Shown: positions 28,301 to 40,219 of the stretch, piece by piece
Layout: every line of letters starts with the position of its first letter
Numbering within the stretch: the stretch's first letter is position 1
Assembly (NCBI GenBank): GCA_964016885.1
Contig: OZ024740.1
Location: forward strand, 86,924,001 to 86,988,000
From: Eledone cirrhosa
Taxonomy: Eukaryota
Direction of reading: 5' to 3'
Length of the DNA stretch: 64,000 nucleotides
Notes under the pieces: generated by a model
The model's database searches: none
What the model saw: only the letters and a program-made list of their open reading frames with translations
Told to the model about the DNA's origin: nothing
Translations under genes and position numbers: made by a program

Positions 28301-31286
28301 GCTATCAAGTTATTTTAGAGGACATTTCTTATATGATAAGTATATTAGATGAAAATAGACAAAATCTGTTAGTCAATTTCTTGAAAGTTACATTCAGATG
28401 AAGAAAATGCAAAGATTCTTATGTCTGCCCTTTGGATTTGAAATAAGATGTCATAAGTATTATACAGTTATTCTAAAAACTAATTTCATTAATGAAATGA
28501 TATGGGTCAAAGCTGTTCTGATCTTTAATATTATTTATCCTATTGCCTGATGTCACATTTACTTTTGATCTTTAAAACTACTCATTTGATCGTATTTACA
28601 AGTGTTCGATGTCAAGGTTAATCAAACATTACAATAATGAGGAATGAAGAAATTATTCTATTGTTGTAGTTCGCCGCAATTCAAAATTTAGTAAAACTTC
28701 TTTGTTCATTACTTAGTTGCTTCTAACAAATTGACAAAATGGCTTCTTCAATGAAATAAATAAATGTGTTTTGACATCTACCAACTAAAGAATCTCTATT
28801 GGTGCATCAATAATGCTAGGCTTCTTTAGCACAACCATATATAACCGACACTTATTTGTTATGTATCTTTCAAATACATCAGAAAATTCTCCAATTACAA
28901 CATAGACTAGAGCTGTGGTCATAGATTGTACAATAAGAAAAGTATCCAAGGCCCCCATCAACTTACTTCAGTAACTTTGACAGTTCTAGATATAGACTGC
29001 TTAACTGATTAGAATATTACACTGACCAGTCAGCTTTTTGCATCAGAGAACAGCCAATATCACATAACACAAATGCAATTCTACATTTGAGGATATTATT
29101 TTCATGTATTCTCTGACAGCTACTCATTGTTTTCCTTATTGCAGACATGGATCGCTGCACATTTTCCCTTCATGGATAAAATCTCATTTTTCTTCCAATC
29201 TGTATATGCCCAACATATGTTCAACTAAACACATAAGCAACTCAATAAACTTTCTATAAAAGTTATTATTATTATTAATTCTGAACTAAAATTTCACAAG
29301 TTGGGAATATGAATGATTGATTCACACTAAAGCAATTCTAAAAGAGATATAAATGATATAATTATAAATTAAATATATATATAATTTAGATTGTTAGCAA
29401 TAAAAGTGGAAGTGAAGCCAATAAGCAGTGTTTATGACTATGACGATATGTGCAAACTAGTTAGATTGTTTTCAGTAATTGACCACCTTATTTAATGATA
29501 GGATGGAAAATAGATAATATTTCAATGTATTATATGGTGGCTATGTATTATAACTGTGGCAAAGGAGTTTTCTTAGCAACTGTGTGGTTTTGACTTTTAT
29601 CCTACAGTGTGATGACCCCTTAGGCAAGTGGCATCAAATCCCTGGTGAATTTGGTAGACAGAAATTGTATGAAAACTGTTGTGTGTGTGTGTATTCACAT
29701 ATTTGGTTTTGTCTCTTAGTAATTGATATCGTTGATGCAGACAGTGATATCTGTTTATGCCCTGCATAAACAGAATTCCTGTACATCATGCAAAGATCTG
29801 TACCTTACTTTTTAAAATAAAGTAAGGCTTGGCACCAGGAAGGCATCTTTGTCATAGAATTCTGCCTCAAAGATCTCATAAAAGTTATGCAAGCATGGAA
29901 AAATAGACATAAAATCAATGATGATGATGCCTATGACCTTTTAACATATTTAATTCTTCTTGTCTAGAAATGAATTTGACATTCAACTATAACTGCCAAG
30001 AGTTTTCAGAATTAACTGCTTTTGATAAGGTGATATATTTAATAAATAAAATTAGCACAATATCTATGAACATGCAAATGAAATATTGACTTGCAAAACA
30101 GAAGTGACTGTAAATTGATAAACTTTACAAGTGCTATTTTAAGAGAATTTTCACTTTGAGAAAAAGTATACTTGGAAGTCAATTTTTAAACAAATAAAAA
30201 TTGAGTTTATTTTTGCACAGGCAATTAATTTTATAATCTTATAGGATTCTTGAAGATTGACAATAAGGTACCTGCAACATTTATACAAAAAGTTACTTTC
30301 GGAATTAAAAAATATATAGATATAGTTTATTATTTTTATCTAATATAAATAGAATAAGGTCAACTTGCTTAATTCAATCAAATCGAATTTGATAAAGTGG
30401 ATTACATATGGCAATAAATTAGGGGAGTTATTAAAGTGCTGGATTAGATGCCTTACAGTATTTGTTATGGCTCTTTTTGCTTTATGTTCAAATTCTGCTG
30501 AGGCCAACTTTGTCTTTTGTCCCTTCAGATTCAATTAATAAGGTGCTTGTTCAGATTGGTGGAATTGTTAAAGTGTCAGGCCTTGTAGTATTTGTTCTGG
30601 CTCTGTGTTTTAAGCTCATATTCTGCCTGTTATCACCAGAAAACCAGTAGGACTTCTGTCAGGAGTTGTAGCCAATAGATAGTATCAGCAATGGAAAGAC
30701 CAATTAAAACATACTGACTCCTTTCCTTTCTTTCCTTTAGAACTCAGTACAAACCAACAACCCTTATACAGGTTTCAGTCATTTGACTAGGCTGGGGCAC
30801 TGCCTTCAAAAGGTGTTCAAATTTATTGACTCCAGTAATTATATATTTTTTTAAAGCTTGGTACTTATTTTATTGATCTCTATCTGTTGAACAGCTATGC
30901 TACATAAACACTACTGGTTATTAAGCAGTGTAAGCACGCACATACACATATACATATATATACGTGATAGGCTTCTGTAGAGCTTCTGTTTAGCAAATTT
31001 CAAATACTAATTCAGGACTGAAGAAAATTTCAAATACTAATCATCAGTGTTCAATGCAGATCAGTATTTGAAATATACTTCAGCATATATAATGAATTTC
31101 TAGGAGGCATTCTATTCACACCGTGTACAATAGAACAAAGTGTTACAAAGCATAAAATCATTTATTGATTGTAAAATAAATGAAATTATAAGGATATTAA
31201 AACCATAATTTATACGAGGCTTGTCAATATATGTATATATGTATGTATATATACACACACATACGTATGTGTATATATATATATAT

Positions 31287-34200
31287 CATCATCATCATCA
31301 TCAACGTTTAACGTCCGTGTTCCACGCTTGCATGGGTTTGGACGGGGGTAGTCCCACTTGAGGAAAGAGTGATTGTCTTGCTCGCATAGGACTGTCTGGC
31401 AGGTTTTCTACAGTTGGATGCCCTTCCTAACACCAACCACATTTACAGTGTGGGTCTGGGAGGTTTTTACCGTGTTGCCTACACGGCCACATTACAGCGT
31501 GGACTGTGTGTTTTTTGTCGTGACACCTACACGATCTCATTTGTTTCGGCCTGGATGGTGTGGCACCAACACAACTTTACATAGAACGGGGTGGCGTGGA
31601 TGGGGTGGGGGTGGTGGGACGGTATTTTGTTAGAGATGCCTACTGGTTGTAGTAGGTTTTACTATGTATTTAGGTAAGGCGGGTCTTCTCTGTTACTGAG
31701 TACCGCCAAAGGTCTCGGTCCAGTGACATTGTCTTGGAGAGGTGTAAGTGTGTGAGGTCAGAGTTTATCAGCTCGTCCCAGGTTTTTCTAGGTCTGCCTA
31801 TTCCGTGGCTACCGTCTATCTTTATTGCCCTGCACTTTGTTATACAGCTATCGACTTTCATGCGCATCACGTGTCCATACCAACGTAGCCTTCTCTCGAG
31901 TAAACAACATCTGATCCCTCTTATTTCTAATTTTTTCCTTAGTTCGTTTATGCTTTGCCGTTCAGGTATATTACTGTTACACATCCAGCGGAGCATGCAA
32001 GCTTCGTTCCTCTCTAGTCTGCGTATATCCTCTGCACACAATGCCCAGGTCTCACTGCCATGCAACATTGTTGTTCGTATGCAGGCATCGTACAACCTGC
32101 CTTTCATTTTTAGGGAGAACCCTTTAGCGGCTAATAGTGTTATAAGCTCTCTGAACTTTTTCCAACCAGTTCTGACTCTAGCTACTGTACTTTCAGAGCA
32201 CTCTCCCCCACTGCTGATTTTATCACCCAGGTAATGGAAGCTGTCCACTATTTCTATAGAACCTCTGCGCAATTGAAAGAGCTAGTATTTTGTGGGCACT
32301 TGCTGCTACTTATTGCACCAGAGCACCGGCCACATGTAAAATCTATGTTCTTAGTTAGCTTACCTGTGATCCCACTACATCTTTTATGCACCCATACTTT
32401 GCATTTAGGACATAAAATGGAGTTTCTACCTACGCCTTTCCTACACACCGAGCACGACCATTTCCCTGAAGGGACCGCCGCCTTATTTTCTTTCCTACAA
32501 ACTAGAACTTTAGTCTTAGCCAGGTTAATTTTAAGGCCTTTTGATTCTAGGCCGTGCTTCCATGTTTGGAATTTCTTCTCTAGCTCGGCCATTGATTCCG
32601 CTATGAGTGTCAGGTCGTCTGCGTATAGGAGTTCCCATGGGCAGCCGGTCTTGAACTCCTCCGTTATAGCCTGAAGGGCAATAATAAATAGTAGGGGGCT
32701 GAGAACAGAGCCCTGATGGACACCAACTTTTACGCTAAACTCTTCACTATATTCGTTGTTAATTCTAACCTTGCTGACTGTTTCTTTATACATGGCTTGT
32801 ATAGCTCTCACAAGCCATTCGTCAACGCCTAGTTTTCTAAGAGCCCACCAGATAATGGAGCGGGGGACTCTGTCGAAGGCTTTCTCCAAGTCGACAAAAG
32901 CTAAGTAGAGCGGTTTACCTTTAGCTAGGTACTTCTCCTGTAGTTGTCGTACAATGAAAAGAGCGTCTGTGGTACTTTTGCCTGACACAAACCCGAACTG
33001 CATTTCATCTAGGTCAATTCTCTCTCTGATTAGTTGTGCTATTACTTTTTCCGTGGCCTTCATGACCTGGTCGATTAATTTAATGCCTCTATAGTTACTC
33101 CTATCTAGGGCGTCTCCTTTACCCTTATAACAGTTAACGATGATGCTGCTATGCCAGTCCTTCGGAACAACCCCATTCTGTACGACTTGGTTAACTATGC
33201 GGGTGACCATGGTGTGTCCCACCGTGCCAGATGCCTTCAGCATCTCAGCAACTATTTCCGAAGGCCCAGCCGCCTTACCCGTCTTCATATCCTTGATTGC
33301 CTTACTTATCATACTCCCCTCGACTAACACTGCTGGTCCCTCTATTGGGTCGATATGGGGGAGACTGTCTTTCTCCCATTTATTCTCCTCATTTAGTAGC
33401 CTTTCATAGTGACACTTCCAAGCTACCTTCTTATCAGCGTCGGTGATGGCAAGTGTGCCATCGTCGTTTAGTACACACTTCTCCCCGACAATATCACGGT
33501 TTTCCTTGACGCATTGCCTAGCAATCCTGAACACCTCACGTTTTTGGTCATCGCGTTGTAGAACATGCTTGAACTTTCTTTCCTCAGCTTCCCTTCTTGC
33601 TAAGTACACTTGTCTCCTAGCTTCCCTCCTGGCCACTTGATAGTCTTCTCTACTTCCCCCATCCCGCCATACTTTCCAAGCCTGCATTTTGGCCTTAATT
33701 GACCCCTCCACCTTACTGTTCCACCACCATGTTACTCTCCTCCTGCCTACAGGCCTGCTCCAGCCACAGACTTCGTCCGTCGCCAACAGCAGGTTTGCTT
33801 TCAGAAATTCCCACTCTCCCTCTATATTGTCCGACTCTAAAAGTTCTTCCTTACTGTCGAAAGCATCAAGTAATATGCTTTGAAATTTATTCCTGGCTGT
33901 GGGGTCCTTTAGCTTCCATATTTTTCTCCTGAGGATAGTCCTCTTCTGTTGTCGAGTACGTCTCGTCCTGACTATGAGGTCGCTAATTATCAGTCTATGT
34001 TGGGAGGTGCATTCTTCATGGGGGAGGGATTTAGTGTTTACAACAGACACTCTGTCACGTCTTCTGGTAAGGATATAATCTACCTGGCTTGTGTGTTCCC
34101 CGGATCTATAGGTGATCAGGTGATTGTCACGTTTTTTGAAGTTAGTGTTACAGATAGTTAGGTTATTTGCAACACAGAATTCCAGGATTCTGGAGCCTTC

Positions 34201-35351
34201 CTCATTTCTAGTACCAAACCCATAGCCTCCATGGATTTCGTCGTAGCCGTCACAATGTTGTCCAACGTGACCATTTAGGTCGCCTGCAATAATTATATAG
34301 TCCCTGTCGGATATTTGGGAGGTAGTTAGCATCAGTGTCTCATAGAATCTGTCTTTTATATTGCCGGGCAGTCCGGATTGGGGTGCGTACGCAGATATTA
34401 CTGTCACCGTAGTTCTATTGAGGACAAGTCGTATTTTAATTATTCTGTCGTTCACTCTATTTACGTCTATTATCTTATCTGCCCACTTTTCTGCTACCAT
34501 GATTCCTACTCCACCCAGCCCATCGTTGTTTCCCACCCAGAAAAGCTTATAACATCGTTTTTTACCCTCAATGAATCTAGCAGACCCACCCCTCCACCTG
34601 GTCTCTTGAATACAACAAACATCGACCTCCTTACGTTCAAGCATTTCTACAACCTCGTTAGCGCGACCCTTTAGGGTGCCTACATTTATGGTACCAACTC
34701 TGAAGTTTTGGATTGCGTTTGGGGGTTGGGGGCGGTAGGGGCGGGGGGTGATGGGGTTATGTTAGCCGTCCGCAGTCGAAACAATGAGGAGTGCTCGCAT
34801 TCTCGTCCACGAGGTGAATTTGTCTTTATCTTTATCTTTGGCATTGTCGCTGAGCGTCCAGATTTTTCTCTCTCTCCTCCACTCTCCAGGATTCCGCAGT
34901 CCATCCATCCATCATATATTGAAAGGCAACCAGCCAAGCGATAGTATAGGCCTCTGGCTTATGATTGGTCCGCGTAATAATAATACTGGTGATGCGTGGG
35001 GGCTCTGGCTTATGATTGGTCCACGTAATAGCAATGGTGGTGCGTGGGGGCGGGAGGGTAGCTAGATGTTGGGTAGCTAGATAGAAGGTAATGATTGAAT
35101 GGGGTCCTTGCATTTAACAAGCGATTAACAAAAATACAAAATTTGTTCTGTTCAATACGACCAAAAACTTTCGTATCTAACAATTAATGAATACAAAAAT
35201 GTAGATTGTTTTAGCGATAGATTGGCTATTTGGACTTGATACGAAATATGGAGTGTGGAGGTAGAGATGAAGAAAAATATGTACATTACGTTACATGAAT
35301 ATCGTGGAATAGACAGCAAAGCAATGAAATTTGGCGAAGTGAATTTCTATC

Positions 35352-35383
<32 letters not shown>

Positions 35384-35600
35384 GGGGATGGCCGTATGAT
35401 GTGTGTGTGAGTATTGGGCGGTTGACCGCCATGCCCTCGCGAAGTAGGGGGGTGGGGGTCGAGGAAGCGGGAGTTTAGAGTTTCGAAAGAAGGAAGAAGG
35501 AAAGGATTTTGTTTTTTGTTTTGAAAATACGCTAGAATTAGGAATTGAGGTTTGAAAATACGCTAGATTAAGAATTAAGGAATTTATAAGAAGAAGAGAT
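31287..35600 (-). mobile_element. Near full-length RTE-clade LINE with (GAT)n tail
   Basis: APE motifs (VGTINVGTL, IQETRW, GDLNGH, VDYIL, SQH) and RT motifs (FVDLEKAFD, QGSVLSP, YADD); 3' tail ggacgttaaacgttgatgatgatg; 5' boundary approximate. Confidence 0.95.
31670..34710 (-). pseudogene. RTE APE-RT polyprotein with C-terminal PHD-like Cys/His finger; single frameshift near 32265
   Basis: The 796-aa and 200-aa ORFs overlap in different frames; the APE N-terminus (NFRVGTINVGTLKG) lies upstream of the first ATG. Confidence 0.9.
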
Positions 35601-35602
35601 AG

Positions 35603-35898
35603 ATATACACACATACACATATATATATACACACATACATATACACACACATACATATATACACACACACATACATAAATACACACACGCATATACATAT
35701 ATACACACACACATATATATATATAGACACACACATATATATACACACACACACACACACATATATACACACACATACATATATACACACACACACACAT
35801 GTATATAAATACACACACATACATATATACACACGCATATACATATACACACACACACATGCATATACATATACATATACACACACACACACAGATAC

Positions 35899-35931
<33 letters not shown>

Positions 35932-35944
35932 TATACATATATAT

Positions 35945-35977
<33 letters not shown>

Positions 35978-35995
35978 CACACACACACATATATA

Positions 35996-36032
<37 letters not shown>
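35603..36032. repeat. Compound (CA)/(TA) microsatellite
   Basis: Direct reading; it explains the spurious ORFs here. Confidence 0.95.
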
Positions 36033-36033
<1 letters not shown>

Positions 36034-36260
36034 CTATATCAATGGTGAAGAAGATTGTGATAAGCAAGTTATTTAAATACTTTTGAAAGGTATTTTCACT
36101 TGAGACAAATACCATCTTGCAGCATATATTGGAGTAAATCTCTGCAGTAAATATATGCTAGTCAGTACATATTTCTTTGAATGAGTGACTATATGTGCAG
36201 GTGGGAGTGAGTTTCCATGCGTATTAATGTGTGCTCATATAGAATAAACATTTCATTAAT

Positions 36261-36447
36261 TGTTTCTACGTTTGGCACAAGGCCAGCAATTACCCAGTGC
36301 ATTACTGGTACTTTATTTTATCGACCTCGTAAGGATGAAAGGCAAAGTTAACCTTGGCGGAATTTGAACTCAGAATGGCAAGGGCCGTAATTTATACGTC
36401 AAAGCATGGCGTCCGACCCTCTACCGATACTGCCAATCCACCACCCC
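36261..36447 (-). mobile_element. SINE A with 10-bp TSD tttcattaat
   Basis: TSD at 36251-36260 and 36448-36457. Confidence 0.9.
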
Positions 36448-36541
36448 TTTCATTAATGTGATTCAATGTTGGAGCACTATTTTCTTGAGTTATATTCCTC
36501 AAAGTGGGTTCTATAAAATTAGATGTTTCATAATAAACACT

Positions 36542-36750
36542 TAGTGTACATACTCAAATATAAGCCGAGGAATATGTGACCAATAAATCAATGGTAAAAT
36601 GGGGAGTTGGCTTATATGCACCATCTAAACAATGTGTTGATTAGCAGCCTTGGCTTATAAATAGGGTTTCGATTTTTGCTCATTTCTTAGATATAAAATG
36701 GGGAGGGTTGACTTTTATTTGGATTGACTTATATTCGAATATATATGGTA
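36542..36750. mobile_element. Short MITE of the same Tc1/mariner family as 14203
   Basis: atactcaaatataagccgag...gacttatattcgaatatatatggta; shares aatatgtgac with the 14203 element. Confidence 0.65.
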
Positions 36751-37562
36751 ATTATATGAATGTAGGTATGGCTGTATGTTTGAGGTGTTCAGTCTCACTG
36801 TGTAGCACCTTAAGCAAGTGTTTTATAATATAACCTCAGGTTGACCAATCTTGTGTAATAGAAATTTGGTAAATAGGAACCATGTGGGAAACCAAGATGT
36901 GTGTGAATGTGTGTGTGTGTTTTTGTATGTTAATGCTTATAGCTTCAAACCAACAACAAATATCTCAGAACACTAAGTTTATTCTTGACTTACAATATTT
37001 GTTCAGACCAATTCTATTATTTAGAATGAAATAATTCTGAATAGTTTAAATTGATTACTCTTCAAGACAAGGTATCTTTGTTTTCAAATTATATGAACAA
37101 AATATAAAGAGACTATCTCATCATCATTATCTTTTTATGTCCGCCTTCTATGCTAGCATGGGTTGGACAGGTTACGACTGTCAAAGATTTAGGCAGGCCA
37201 GAAAGACCCCATCTGGCTCATACATTCCATATTTGGCACCAACCATCTTACAGGGTGGTACTGGATGCGATTTATTTGGGCACCATCACTGCTGCTTTAT
37301 GGAGTGTGATAATGGACAGATTGTATCAATAGAGAGGCTGTGATGCTTGGTTAGACTGAAGAGTCCTCTCTACTATATATTGTCTCCATTTCCTTACAAA
37401 CCACATTGCAGAGTGTGTTTGGTGCCTTCTATCATGGCATCAGAATTGTTACAGTATGTTCACTCAGCTCTTTACAAAGATGAGGTTATTACACTTATCT
37501 TACATATAGGTATGTAAATATCCACCCAAATACGAATTTCTCTGTAAATTGAGGAAAATGAT

Positions 37563-37614
37563 CAATATCTTTAATCGATTTTCGGATCTTGTTAAACCCT
37601 CATCAGATGTGTTG
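37563..37614 (-). ncRNA. Minimal type-I hammerhead motif
   Basis: CTGATGA gggtttaacaagatcc GAA AATCGATT A; stem I degenerate. Confidence 0.55.
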
Positions 37615-37837
37615 TGTATATCACTAATCAACCACACGGACAGATATTAGATATGTGTATATATTTATACACGTTGAGACATTCTTAGTTACACACTGTG
37701 TATTTATACAGATATAAGTTTAACATACACTTTGGTTGCTAGTGCACTATATATATATAAGAAGTGCACTAGCAGCCATATATATATATATATCAATGAT
37801 ATTAATAAATGGAAACTATATTTATAAAACCATATTT

Positions 37838-37890
37838 ATTTTATTATATATATTTCAATGGTATTTTGGTATACACTCATCAGATAAAAT
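37838..37890 (-). ncRNA. Minimal type-I hammerhead motif
   Basis: attttat CTGATGA gtgtataccaaaataccatt GAA ATATATAT A ataaaat. Confidence 0.55.
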
Positions 37891-37977
37891 ACAAAATTAT
37901 ACCCCAGAACATGTAGAGTGCTTCGAATCTGTTATAAATAAATTTTTTGAATAATCATGAAATTAAATATCTCTTTA

Positions 37978-38022
<45 letters not shown>

Positions 38023-38023
<1 letters not shown>

Positions 38024-38482
38024 CTGTTTTAGGAAATTAATTTGGCAGGCAACTTTGGCCTGTTTCTCTGACAGTCTGAAAAGTTCCCTTATGGACGCAA
38101 ACAATTCCTGATTCAGGTGTAAGGATAAGAGAGTATTAAAGTTTGCTTGAAGTATTGCGGAATATGAAAAATAGTTGTTTGGGAAGACTCAACAATGCAG
38201 ATGGGAATTAAAAGCATATAAACATCTGCATTGTTGAGTCTTCCAAAATGACTATTTTTCATATTCCGCAATGCTTCAAGCAAATTTTAACACTCTCTTA
38301 AGACAATTTTTTCAATTCCAACTCACCCGTCCCCTCAATCTATCTTATTTCTCATTCTTTCTCCTGATGAAGGACTAGTGTCAGAAACGTTAAGACACTC
38401 TTCCTGCTATATCAAGCGTTAACCTAATATATCCCTTCCATATACTGTACCGATTGTATTGTTATTTCTGTTTACCTTTTAC
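38023..38482. mobile_element. Penelope-like element remnant with inverted segment and hammerhead motif
   Basis: 78-bp inverted repeat plus CTGATGA-aggactagtgtca-GAAACGTTA; bounded by (TA)n. Confidence 0.6.
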
Positions 38483-38985
38483 ATATATATATATAAACAT
38501 ATATGTATATGTATATACTTTATTATGGCTAGTAATGAGTCTTGATACACTGTAGATTTACCTGTGTACGCACAGAATCATCAGAAAATAATATATATAT
38601 ATGCGTGTGTGTGTGTGTATCCATGAGACTTCATACTGACATTTGTTGGACAGCCAGTAGCCAGTGACATTTGTTTTTATCCTGCTCCTCACTATTTCAA
38701 TGGACTAAGATCAGTGAAATGTATACCTAACTTGAAAACGAGGGTTGATATTAAGAAGGGCTTCCCGCCTAACAATATCTCATCCAACCCATACCAGCAT
38801 TGAAAAGTGAATGTAAAAACGATAATGACTATAATTGTCTAATATAAGAAATGGTATATTATATTGCCATTGTTAAAGGCAGATTATGAACAGCTTCAAC
38901 TCCATTAAAAGTGTATTAAGGATGATACAAAGTAAGTTTCACTTTTCTATGTCTAGGTAAAATTCAACTTATGTGTCTACATGCA

Positions 38986-39186
<201 letters not shown>

Positions 39187-39905
39187 ATGCGTGCACACAC
39201 TCGTATTTTCATTTGTCTGTGTACATAACTTGGGTCATAAACCATATTTACATATTTTTGTTGTCTGAATTACAAAAGGAAAGGAAGCGAACAAAGAACA
39301 TTAAAAACAAAAATATTGTATTACTTATGTTGTTAAACATAAATTATGAATTATTGACTTTGACTTACACAGAAAATAAAAAAAGATTAATCCAACTGAA
39401 ATACACAACAATAGTTCTTGAGACTAAAATCTATATGACATTACTTACCATTATTATTGTCACTAATATTATTGTTTTGGAACCTACTAAGCTATGTGAA
39501 ACATGGAGATAGACAAAAAAAAAATGAAAATAAAACAAATATAAAACATATAGAAGAATTCCTGTACTGTTTAAGACATTTTAGTACTCAATAAGCTAGT
39601 GGTATTGCTATATAAATGGTTGCGACCACATTGTAATATAACTATAGTGTTATGATAAAGGATGACATTTAACAAAAAAGGTAGATGTAGACGTAGGAGT
39701 GTTTTTCTGAGGAAATATCAAATTGAATGACATATCCAACAGAGATACATTATGTGAAATATCAACATTCACATGATATATGAAACACCTTAAAGAAACA
39801 GGAAGCTATATCAATAATATCAAGCTGTAAAGTAACAGCATTTAGAGGCCTATATAGCAAACATAATAATACATACTATAAACTAAACTAATGTATGTAT
39901 GTATC

Positions 39906-39944
<39 letters not shown>

Positions 39945-40219
39945 GTGAAGTAATTCCGTCAGAAAGGGTACAGGAAAAAAGAGTGCTCTATGTAGGTTAC
40001 AGAGCTTATTAGTTATGTAATAAACAACATAAGATAATTATTTCATTTACCAGTGGGTTCTTGAAAGCAAACAAATCTGCTTTCAGTCGTCAGAATGAAA
40101 AAATGAAAAAAAACATCAGGATTTTTTTCATTCTGACGACTGAAAGCAGATTTGTTTGCTTTCAAGAACCCACTGGTAAATGAAATAATTATTTTATGTT
40201 GTTTATTACATAACTAATA
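39945..40219. mobile_element. Penelope-like pLTR fold-back with a hammerhead-like motif in both arms
   Basis: Arms at 40007-40103 and 40123-40219 match at 96/97; bounded by (TA)n. Confidence 0.6.
40126..40185 (+). ncRNA. Minimal type-I hammerhead-like motif (variant core)
   Basis: tttcatt CTGACGA c[tgaaagcaga tttg tttgctttca]a GAAC ccactgGTA aatgaaa. Confidence 0.55.

Larger units (their letters stand above)
48..38023 (-). other. Invalid entry (end coordinate mistyped); disregard and use the 38023-38482 entry
   Basis: None. Confidence 0.

Noticed and set aside
28560-29230. Possible transposase remnant
   Set aside because: No recognisable motif could be recovered with confidence
31734-34674. 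Plus-strand ORFs over the RTE
   Set aside because: Antisense shadows of the LINE ORF
35291-36115. 274-aa and overlapping C/V/Y/I-rich ORFs
   Set aside because: Translation of CA/TA microsatellite
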